From Myxococcota bacterium (lineage in GTDB: Bacteria; Myxococcota_A; UBA9042; PHBI01; JAWLBL01): a DNA stretch of 64,000 nt. The stretch lies in contig JAWLBL010000016.1 of NCBI GenBank assembly GCA_041687695.1, forward strand, positions 1-64,000, given 5' to 3'. The notes beneath the pieces are model-generated. The model had not been told where the DNA came from. It did no database searches and saw nothing but the letters and a program-made list of their open reading frames with translations. The stretch's first letter is position 1; the number at the start of each line of letters is the position of its first letter. The position numbers and the translations under genes were made by a program. Shown piece after piece: positions 54,246 through 61,984 of the stretch.

Positions 54246-54276
54246 CATGCTGGCCGACCCTTCATGGAGGACCAGC

Positions 54277-56316
54277 ATGCGCGAGCAGCGGACAACGGCA
54301 GGAGGCCTGGCGCGGTCGGATGACGCGTCTCGAGCGGAACGTAGTGCGGTGCAGGGCTGCACAGAGCGCGAGGCGGCCGCCAAAGACGCGGCGGAAGCTC
54401 CGAGCCGGCGTGTCGTCGAAGGGCGGGGCTTCGAGGGCGCGGGCGTGCCGTCCAGCGCGTCGGAGGTGCGACCGCAGACCGCGGGCGACGAGTCGCGCCC
54501 CGGGGCGAGTGGCAGGGAGCGACGTCTCATGGCCCTGGAGCTCGAGCTGGTCGGGCTCGCGCGAGGAGGGGCCGGGCTGCGGCTGGCCATCGGGCGGACG
54601 TTGGGTGACGTCGAACGGCACGGAGGCGTGGCCGAGCTGGGGTTCTCGTCGCTCGAGGCCTATGCCGTCGAGCGCTTGCAGCGAACGGGCGCGTGGGCCA
54701 GAGAGACCCGAGCGGTCGCGCTGCGGTTGGAGCGGTGGCCCGAGATCGCGGGGGCGTTGGTGGCGGGTCGGGTCCCGTGGTCCATGGCGGCGCTGTGTGC
54801 GCGGCTGGCCCGCAGCTGGGGAGAGTCCCGTGCGCTGGCTGAAGCCGAGCAGCAGACGGTGCGTGGGCTGCGTGAGGTCGTCCAGCGGGTCGAGAGCGGG
54901 GGGGAAGAACCCGAGGGGCTCGACGCCGATGACGCCTTCAGTGAGGATGAACGCATGGCGTTCAGCCTGACGCTGACGCCCGAGGACGGCATGAGGCTCG
55001 AGCAGGCGCGCCTGCTCGTTCGAGCGCTCGGAGGTGACGGGTCGTGGGACGGGACGGTCGAGGCGCTCCTCGCCGAGGGTGAGGCCGAGCTGCTGGCTCG
55101 CAACCCTGGGCTGCGGCTCCCCGAGACCGACTGGCTCGACGACAAGCTCAGGCGGCTGGAGACGTATGGGCCCCGTGCCTTCGGCACCAGCCTCGACGAG
55201 GCCAGGGCCGAGGTGGAGGCTCGTCGCGCCCCCGTGGCGGCCTGCGATGGCGGGCTGCCTGGGGATGAGCCGGGGGCGACCGACTCGCCGCCGGCTGACA
55301 TGGATCCCGTGACCTTGGACGCTCGGCTGCGAGAGCTCGCTGCGGCGCTGGCCACTCGCGAAGCTGAGTTCGCCACCCGAGTGCGCTGGTTCGTCGAGCG
55401 CGAGGGCTGGAAGATGCTGGGGTGGCACAGCCTGGCGCAATGGGCCCGCGAGCGACTGGGAAGCTCGGCTTCGGCCGTTCGAAGGCTGGTGGGGCTTGGG
55501 CGAGCGTTGGAGACGATGCCGTCGCTGCGGGCGGCGCTCGTCTCGGGACGAATCGGCCTCGAGGCGGCCATCCAGATCGGCCGCGTGGCGCACCCAGAGA
55601 CGGTCGAGGGGTGGATGCGGCACGCGCAGCATCTGACGATCAAGCATCTGGAGGAAGCGATCGACGTGGGCGAGCGTCGTGCGCGCGCCGGTGAGACGGA
55701 GCGCGTCGTGCCTCCTACCGAGGCTCAGCTCGAGGCTGCGTTCGCCCAGGAGACCGGCGTGCTGCGGCGCGTCTTCGATGCTGGAGAGGCCGAGGAGACG
55801 TCCGCGCAGATGTCACGGCAGGAGGAGAGCGGTCCTGAGGTCAGCGCGCAGATGTCACGCTCGTCGGGCAGCTGGAGGGCCCGGCTGTCGATTCGCGAGA
55901 GCCTGGTCGCCCGTTGGCGGGCGCTCGAGCGGGTCTGGCGCGAAGCGAGCCCGGGCGGCGGCAGCTTCGTCGGCTTCCTCACCGGGGCGCTGTGGAAGTC
56001 GTGGGAGCGGGCGATGGGCCCGCTGCCGACCTACGGTGACATCTATCTGCGAGACCGTTGGCGGTGCGCCTCGCCGGTGTGCAAGCGGCGGGATGTCACA
56101 CCGCACCACATCGTGTTCCGAAGCCAGGGAGGGGGCGACGAGCCCGACAACCTGGTCTCGTTGTGCGTCGAGTGCCACCTGCGACTGCTGCACGAGGGTA
56201 GGTTGGCGACATCGGGTCCGGCGGGGAACGGGGTCTGGCGCATCGGCCGGAAGGGATTGATGACTGTGATGGGCCGACGCGTTCAGGTCACACCCGGCGA
56301 GAGCGGGGCTTCGTAA
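54277..56316 (+). CDS. HNH endonuclease with two DUF222-like domains
   Basis: C-terminal RDRWRCASPVC...HHIVFRSQGG..NLVSLCVECH..LH; two LG(F/W).SL..(Y/W)A.ERL...L..GR(V/I) repeats; GGAGG RBS. Confidence 0.85.
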   Translation: MREQRTTAGGLARSDDASRAERSAVQGCTEREAAAKDAAEAPSRRVVEGRGFEGAGVPSSASEVRPQTAGDESRPGASGRERRLMALELELVGLARGGAGLRLAIGRTLGDVERHGGVAELGFSSLEAYAVERLQRTGAWARETRAVALRLERWPEIAGALVAGRVPWSMAALCARLARSWGESRALAEAEQQTVRGLREVVQRVESGGEEPEGLDADDAFSEDERMAFSLTLTPEDGMRLEQARLLVRALGGDGSWDGTVEALLAEGEAELLARNPGLRLPETDWLDDKLRRLETYGPRAFGTSLDEARAEVEARRAPVAACDGGLPGDEPGATDSPPADMDPVTLDARLRELAAALATREAEFATRVRWFVEREGWKMLGWHSLAQWARERLGSSASAVRRLVGLGRALETMPSLRAALVSGRIGLEAAIQIGRVAHPETVEGWMRHAQHLTIKHLEEAIDVGERRARAGETERVVPPTEAQLEAAFAQETGVLRRVFDAGEAEETSAQMSRQEESGPEVSAQMSRSSGSWRARLSIRESLVARWRALERVWREASPGGGSFVGFLTGALWKSWERAMGPLPTYGDIYLRDRWRCASPVCKRRDVTPHHIVFRSQGGGDEPDNLVSLCVECHLRLLHEGRLATSGPAGNGVWRIGRKGLMTVMGRRVQVTPGESGAS

Positions 56317-56516
56317 CCGGTGAGGCCTGGCCGGTTGACCCCCGCGCGGGCCTTGCTACAACGTCGGCACATGCAACACGTCGACCGGCGTGCGCTCGAA
56401 CCTACGGAAACCGGCGGGGAGTTGGTGCGGCAACTGCGGACGGGATGGAATCAGTTCTGTTGCGAGTCTGGCGTCTGCACAAGCAGCGGCTCTCAGCGTC
56501 CGTGAGCGGGTGACCC

Positions 56517-56987
56517 TTGGCGCTCGTCCTCAAGCCGCCGGTCGCGCTATGGGACCTCGCCCGGTTTGCCGGGCGGGTCGCCTTTCTGGCCGGCAGCATC
56601 GAGATGGGCGCCGCCGAGGACTGGCAGGCGCGGGTCGAGGCCGACCTGTCGGACCTGGACGCGCTGCTGTTGAACCCGCGCCGTGATGACTGGGACAGCG
56701 GCTGGGCGCAGTCGATGGACCACCCGCACTTTCGAGCGCAGGTCGAGTGGGAGCTGGAAGGGCTCGAGCGGGCCGATGTCGTGGCGATGTATCTGGTGCC
56801 GGGCACCAAGGCGCCCATCTCGCTGTTGGAGCTGGGCCTGGTGGCGGCCAGCGGACGCCTGGTCGTCTGCTGTCCCGAGGGTTTTTGGCGCAAGGGCAAC
56901 GTGGACGTGGTCTGCGCGCGCTACGGCGTCGCTCGCGTGCCGGACCTGGCAGCGCTGACGACCGAGCTGCGACGGCGGCTGGCCTGA
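56517..56987 (+). CDS. Nucleoside 2-deoxyribosyltransferase-like protein
   Basis: FLAGSI...DWQ...LNPRR..WD...QVEWEL..LERAD...PISLLELGL. Confidence 0.8.
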   Translation: MALVLKPPVALWDLARFAGRVAFLAGSIEMGAAEDWQARVEADLSDLDALLLNPRRDDWDSGWAQSMDHPHFRAQVEWELEGLERADVVAMYLVPGTKAPISLLELGLVAASGRLVVCCPEGFWRKGNVDVVCARYGVARVPDLAALTTELRRRLA

Positions 56988-56996
56988 CGCATCGGG

Positions 56997-57959
56997 TCAG
57001 GCGATGTCCAGGTCCTCGAGCACCTTGCGCGCCGCCGTGTCGCGGGCCTGTACGTCGTCACTGGCCAGGTCGCGGCGCACGGTCTCGGCGTCGTCGTCGG
57101 AGGCGCCGCCGGCCTCGCGCAGCAGCGCCTCGAGCGCCGGCGGCGTGCGCGGGTCGTCGAGGTGGTTGGCGAGCAGCGAGACGACCGCCCAGACCAGGTC
57201 GAAGCCGGTCGACATGGCGAGCAGCGGCGCCTGCAGGTCGCGTTCGTCGGGGGCGGCTTGCGCGGCCTCGAGCAGGTCACGCGCGGGCGAGGCCTGGAGG
57301 TCGACGGCGGCCGCGAGCAGGCCGTCGGTCGGCGAGCCGCCGGCGTCGAGCGTGCGGATGACGCTCTCGAGGCGCTTGGCGCCCATCGTCCGCAGGCAGG
57401 GCAGATCGGCGCCCAGGGCGACCTTCATCAGGCCCAGCGGCTGCCAATGACCCTGCGCCTGGCCCGTGGCGCCGCGCAGGGCGACGAGCGCATCGGCGGC
57501 GTTCAAGCGCACCAGCGCGTGGGAGTCGCCCAGGGCGGTGAAGAGCGCGGCGTCGGTCGCCGGGCCCGGGAAGTCGGCGAGCGTCCGCGCCGCGGTGGCG
57601 CGCTGCGACCAGGCGCCGGTGCGCAGGGTCTCGAGCACCGCCTGGAGCGCGGCGTCGTCGCCGCCCAGGGACTGCAGGGCTCGAGCTACGGCGACCCTGG
57701 CCGCGCCGGGACCGAGGCGCGCGAGCGCGTCCTCGAGGGTCTGTCGCGCACGAGGCGAGCCGAGGATGGCCAGGGCCTCCGCGGCGCGGCCGTCGTTTTC
57801 GTCGCGGAGCTTGGCGACGAGCAGGTCTTCGGCCTGGTCGCGCTCGTCACCGGTCAAACGCCGGAGCGCCTCGAGGTCCAAGCCGTCGAAGCGCTCGCGG
57901 GCGCCATCGGCTTCGAGGCTCCTGCGGAAGCGATCGAACGCGGGGCTGACCGCCGCCAT
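56997..57959 (-). CDS. HEAT-repeat protein (candidate immunity protein)
   Basis: RAAEALAILG, RATAARTLADF, VRLNAADAL repeats; starts 1 nt after the upstream toxin-like gene stop. Confidence 0.7.
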   Translation of the reverse strand: MAAVSPAFDRFRRSLEADGARERFDGLDLEALRRLTGDERDQAEDLLVAKLRDENDGRAAEALAILGSPRARQTLEDALARLGPGAARVAVARALQSLGGDDAALQAVLETLRTGAWSQRATAARTLADFPGPATDAALFTALGDSHALVRLNAADALVALRGATGQAQGHWQPLGLMKVALGADLPCLRTMGAKRLESVIRTLDAGGSPTDGLLAAAVDLQASPARDLLEAAQAAPDERDLQAPLLAMSTGFDLVWAVVSLLANHLDDPRTPPALEALLREAGGASDDDAETVRRDLASDDVQARDTAARKVLEDLDIA

Positions 57960-57960
57960 A

Positions 57961-59211
57961 TCAGAGCGTCCCCGTACGCGTGGCCGCCTTGGCAGCCGCC
58001 AGCTCCAGAGCCTTGGCGGTCGCGTCGAGCGTGGGCAGCACGTGATCAGCGCCGCGGCCGAGGGCGTTGCCGTCGGCGTCGAGCTCGCGGATGTCTTCGT
58101 CCGGGCCGCTCAGGGCGTGGTACTTGATGGAAACCTTGCTGCCGAGGCTCAGGAGGATGTTGTGCTCGACCTCGCCGAAGATGGAGGTCGTGCTGTAGGC
58201 CCGCAGGTAGCAGTGGACCTCGCCCTGGCACTGCGAGACGAACCTGGCCGACAGGGCCGCCCAGACCGGACGGACCTTGTCCCAGTCCTTGTAGAGCTTG
58301 AGGCCGTCGGTGAGCTTGTAGAACTTCTGCGCCTCGAGGGTCTGCTTGCCCTTGGACACGGCGTAATCGCTGACCCCGATGCCGCCCGACCACAGCGCCA
58401 TCTTGCCCTTGGGGACCTGCATGTACGGGAACAGCTCGTCCGCGACGAGCTCGTAGTTGTCCGGCTTGCCGTCGCGGATGCCCTCGATGATGAGCGTCCA
58501 CAGCTCCAGCGCCCTCGCCTGGCCGATGCCAATGGACGCAGCGCCGTCTCGGAACTTGGGCCACTCGGGGTGCCTGTTCGGCACCGCGAGCGCCTCGTCG
58601 CCGGGCGGCGGCTCCGTGCGCGACAGGTTGAGCCAGCTCTGCTGGCGGTCGCACACGTCGACCCTGCCGCCAGCGGCGGCCTGGCTCGCCGCGGCGTCGG
58701 CCTCGGCTTCGTTCTTGCTGTTGTCCGGCGCGATGCCCGAGCCCGAGCCGGCGGCGCCGTTGCGCGCCTGCACCACGTGCGCAAGCTCGTGCGCGACGAG
58801 GGCCTTGGACGGGCTGGCCGAAGCGAAGGCGACCGACTCGCCCGACGCCGCGGCTTCCGCGCCCAGCGACTCCATCTCGGCGCCGCGGCCGAGGTGCGCC
58901 TTGACGTTTCCGAAGCCCTGCCCGAAGGACTGCTCCATCTCGGCGCGGAACGGCACGACGCTGGCCGGTCCCTGGGTGGCCGACGTGAAGGCTTCGACGC
59001 CGGCGCCGCCGCCGCCGCCCGCGCGCGACAGGTGCACTGGCGTGGTGCTGCGCTCGATGGGGCCGCCAGGGCGAAGGCTCGCCACCTGTTCGGCATAGGA
59101 CATGCCGCTCAGGCTCCGCTTCGTCTGCGTGCCGCGGGTCGCGGCCTCGGCAGCGTGACCGCTGGCGTTCGATTGCTGGGCCTGTTCGGTCCCCTGAACC
59201 GCCTGCTCCAT
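57961..59211 (-). CDS. DUF4157 (eCIS core) protein with C-terminal ADP-ribosyl cyclase/NADase-like toxin domain
   Basis: MEQSFGQGFGNVKAH...LVAHELAHVVQ...EAEAD (DUF4157); LWSG, TLE, W...SARF, GEVH, SIFGEVE (CD38-like). Confidence 0.75.
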   Translation of the reverse strand: MEQAVQGTEQAQQSNASGHAAEAATRGTQTKRSLSGMSYAEQVASLRPGGPIERSTTPVHLSRAGGGGGAGVEAFTSATQGPASVVPFRAEMEQSFGQGFGNVKAHLGRGAEMESLGAEAAASGESVAFASASPSKALVAHELAHVVQARNGAAGSGSGIAPDNSKNEAEADAAASQAAAGGRVDVCDRQQSWLNLSRTEPPPGDEALAVPNRHPEWPKFRDGAASIGIGQARALELWTLIIEGIRDGKPDNYELVADELFPYMQVPKGKMALWSGGIGVSDYAVSKGKQTLEAQKFYKLTDGLKLYKDWDKVRPVWAALSARFVSQCQGEVHCYLRAYSTTSIFGEVEHNILLSLGSKVSIKYHALSGPDEDIRELDADGNALGRGADHVLPTLDATAKALELAAAKAATRTGTL

Positions 59212-59245
59212 GACCCGTCTCCGGCGCACATGTTCGCGTGCCGGC

Positions 59246-59274
59246 ACGCTACGAGGGGGCTCGTACGGGGTCAA
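59246..59274 (-). promoter_or_regulatory. Sigma70-type promoter of the DUF4157 toxin operon
   Basis: TTGACC-N17-TAGCGT on the minus strand. Confidence 0.6.
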
Positions 59275-59392
59275 GGTGCCACGTCGGCGGTCGGCCCAAA
59301 TGGCCGCGCCCCGCGGGCCGTGGTGACGGCCGGCGGGGCGCGATGGTGCTCGTGCCGATCGGGCGAACCCGACGGCGAGCTTGCTCGTCGGG

Positions 59393-61639
59393 CTACTCGA
59401 CCGGGCAGTGATCACCCAGGCCGTCGAAGGTGTCCTGGGCGAAGCCTTCCCACTCGGCCGCGGGGTCGAACTCGTCCGAGCCGTCCGGATCGCCCTCGAG
59501 CACGCTGCACTGGCGGCGCAGGGTGTTGTCGGCCGTGCTCAGGTCGCCCGTGCCCCACTCGGCGCCGGGGTCGACGCCGATCTGGCCGATGACGTCCAGC
59601 GTCTGCCCGTTGCAGACCAGGGCGACGGCGTCGTCGCCATTGTAGTTGAGGGCGCTGGTCAGCTGATCACACAGAGGCGCCAGCGTGGTGTTGGCCTGGT
59701 TGTGGCAAACCACGAACGTGCCCAGGGCGGGGATCGTCCCGTCGAGGTCGGCGCTGACCGAGTTCGGCGTCGTGTTGCCGTTGGCGTAGACCAGGACCGA
59801 GCAGAGGGCCAGGTCGACGTCCGACTCGCTGAAGTTGAAGATCTCGACCGCCTTGTTGTTGCTGGAGCCCTCGACGTACTCGCTGAAGAAGAGGTCGAAG
59901 ACGACCGTGCTGCCGGTCGCGACGAGGCCGCCCGCGGCGTCGACCTGGTAGCCGTCGGTGGAGCCGGCGCCCGTGTCGCAGTAGACCCAGGTCTCGCCGC
60001 CGTCGCCGCTGAAGCGGTAGGCGTAGTCGTAGGGCGAGCCGGACGCCGCCGGCAGCGTGAGGGTCGCCTGGTACTCGTCATTGTTGGGCTCGCCCGCCGC
60101 CGTGGGGTCGAAGCCGTCGTTCGGCTGGGCGCCGAGCCAGGTCCAGGTCTCGTCCGTGGCGGGATCGGTGGCGTCGGGGCCGTAGCCGAGCTGCGCGACG
60201 AGCTGGACGTGGGGGTCGTTGCCGGCCGTGTTCACGTCGGTCAGGCCCTCGGCGAAGACGCGGCCGTAGACCGTGGCCGTCGTACCCTCTTCGGCCTCGA
60301 TGGTGGCCGGGAACTGCAGCCGGCAGAAGCCGACGGTGAAGGTCGGCAGGGTGCAGGTGTGGTTCGGCGCGCCCGGGCTGCCGGTGTCGCCGTTGTAGCT
60401 GTCGAGCGCCTCGCACCAGTTGGCGCCGTCGTCGTTGAGGGCCGGGTCGAACGCCTCGGGGTCGAGCTGCATGCTGGCGCCGGTCGGGTCGGGGAAGTCC
60501 GGCCCGCCGTCGTAGGCGACGATGTCGACCTGGGTCTCGAGCTCGTCGGGGTAGCAGACGATCTCGACCAGATCACCGCCGTTTCCGAGGGTGAAGTTGC
60601 TGTAGACGTAGTCCGGGGTGAAGCCCGGGTCCGCCGACCGCGCGAAGGTCAGGTAGACGCCCGGCTCGACCTGGGGCGCGCCGATCACGACGAACGTCTC
60701 GCCCGCGAAGTTGCTGCGGATCTCGCAGCCGTTGAGGCTCAGGGTGACGTCCGCCAGGCTGTGCAGCTCGAACCACTCGCCGACGTCGTCGTTGAGCGTG
60801 TTCGGGTTCTGCATGATCTCGGTGATGATCACCTCGCCGGGGAGCGGGTGCGGCGCGCGCGTGCAGCCGTCGTAGACGAAGGCGCAGGTGTCATCGCAGG
60901 CCAGGGTGCCATCGTCGAAGCCGAGCGAGAGGCACGTCGCCTCGCCCAGGTTCGCGCCGTCGCAGGCCTCGCCCTCGTCGATGTCGCCGTTGCCGCACGG
61001 GTCTTCGACGCAGCCGGTGAAGTCGAAGGCCGAGCAGTCGCTGGCGCAGGCCAGCTCACCGCCGAAGAAGCCCAGCGACGCACAGCTCTCGCCGCCGAGG
61101 TCCAGCCCGTCACAGGCCTCGCCGTCGTCGATGACGCCGTTGCTGCACAGGTCGGTGACGGCGTCGGGGTCGGTGACGGCGTCGGGGTCGGTGACGTCGG
61201 GGTCGGTGACGTCGGGGTCGGTGACGTCGGGGTCGGTGACGTCGGGGTCGGTGACGTCGGGGTCGGTGACGTCGGGGTCGGTGACGTCGGGATCGGTGAC
61301 GTCGGGGTCGGTGACGTCGGGGTCGGTGACGTCGGGGTCGGTGACGTCGGGGTCAGTGACGTCGGGATCGGTGACGTCGGGATCGACCACGTCGGGATCG
61401 ACGACATCAGGCTCCACTACGTCCGGGTCCACGGCGTCGGGCTCGGTGGCGTCGGGCTCGGTGGCGTCCGGCTCGGCATCCGGGCCTTCGCCGTCCGGCG
61501 AGGCGTCCGGCGCGTCGGCTACGATGGTGTCGGACTGGTTGCCGGAAGGGCCCTCGTCACCGCAACCCGGCGACGTCAGGCCAATGGCCAGGCAGGCCCC
61601 AATCGGCAGCAGGAGGCGAGGCAGCGAAGGGCGTCTCAT
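59393..61639 (-). CDS. Lipoprotein with DPDVT linker, Cys-rich repeats and two lamin-tail domains
   Basis: SPGC lipobox-like; CGNG..D.GEACDG repeats; IITEIMQNP...GEWFEL and FFSEYVEGSSNNKAVEI. Confidence 0.8.
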   Translation of the reverse strand: MRRPSLPRLLLPIGACLAIGLTSPGCGDEGPSGNQSDTIVADAPDASPDGEGPDAEPDATEPDATEPDAVDPDVVEPDVVDPDVVDPDVTDPDVTDPDVTDPDVTDPDVTDPDVTDPDVTDPDVTDPDVTDPDVTDPDVTDPDVTDPDVTDPDAVTDPDAVTDLCSNGVIDDGEACDGLDLGGESCASLGFFGGELACASDCSAFDFTGCVEDPCGNGDIDEGEACDGANLGEATCLSLGFDDGTLACDDTCAFVYDGCTRAPHPLPGEVIITEIMQNPNTLNDDVGEWFELHSLADVTLSLNGCEIRSNFAGETFVVIGAPQVEPGVYLTFARSADPGFTPDYVYSNFTLGNGGDLVEIVCYPDELETQVDIVAYDGGPDFPDPTGASMQLDPEAFDPALNDDGANWCEALDSYNGDTGSPGAPNHTCTLPTFTVGFCRLQFPATIEAEEGTTATVYGRVFAEGLTDVNTAGNDPHVQLVAQLGYGPDATDPATDETWTWLGAQPNDGFDPTAAGEPNNDEYQATLTLPAASGSPYDYAYRFSGDGGETWVYCDTGAGSTDGYQVDAAGGLVATGSTVVFDLFFSEYVEGSSNNKAVEIFNFSESDVDLALCSVLVYANGNTTPNSVSADLDGTIPALGTFVVCHNQANTTLAPLCDQLTSALNYNGDDAVALVCNGQTLDVIGQIGVDPGAEWGTGDLSTADNTLRRQCSVLEGDPDGSDEFDPAAEWEGFAQDTFDGLGDHCPVE
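61190..61384 (-). repeat. 13 tandem copies of a 15-bp unit encoding DPDVT
   Basis: (ggtgacgtcggggtc)n with a few synonymous variants. Confidence 0.92.
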
Positions 61640-61716
61640 CGAAATCCTCGGAGAATCTACGGGTCGTGGCGCGCCTCCAGCGAGGAGACGGGCCGGGGGG
61701 AGTCCAAACGGCCCCC

Positions 61717-61745
61717 GCTATAGGCGGCCAGGACACTGAGGTCAA
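61717..61745 (-). promoter_or_regulatory. Probable promoter of the lamin-tail lipoprotein gene
   Basis: TTGACC-N17-TATAGC; GGACAC/GTGTCC inverted repeat flanks the -35. Confidence 0.45.
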
Positions 61746-61984
61746 CCAGGTGTCCGTTGCGGGACGGCGACGCGATGCAACCATGGGGCCTCGGCCGCCC
61801 GTTACGCTTTCGTGACGCGCGCTTGCGGCACCCGGCCGGCGCGGCGCGGTGAAACGTCACTCGGCGCGCCCGCTCGAGGGCACGCGCCCCTGCGCGCCTC
61901 CAACCGCGGAACCCCTTCGAGGCCCGCGCCAGGCGCGGGCCGTCCATGCTATCGTCCGCAACGTCCGAGCCCGGGGAGGAGCCG

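Larger units (their letters stand above)
54053..56328 (+). mobile_element. Candidate HNH/DUF222-type insertion element bounded by the 11-bp direct repeat CGGTGAGGCCT
   Basis: Identical 11-mers at 54053-54063 and 56318-56328 enclosing only a promoter region and the HNH gene. Confidence 0.5.

Noticed and set aside
59225..59236. LexA box upstream of the DUF4157 toxin (GCACATGTTC)
   Set aside because: Half-site spacing and left arm do not fit GAAC-N4-GTTC.
61190..61384. Possible CRISPR array
   Set aside because: Head-to-tail 15-bp units with no spacers, in frame within a CDS; no cas genes in the window.
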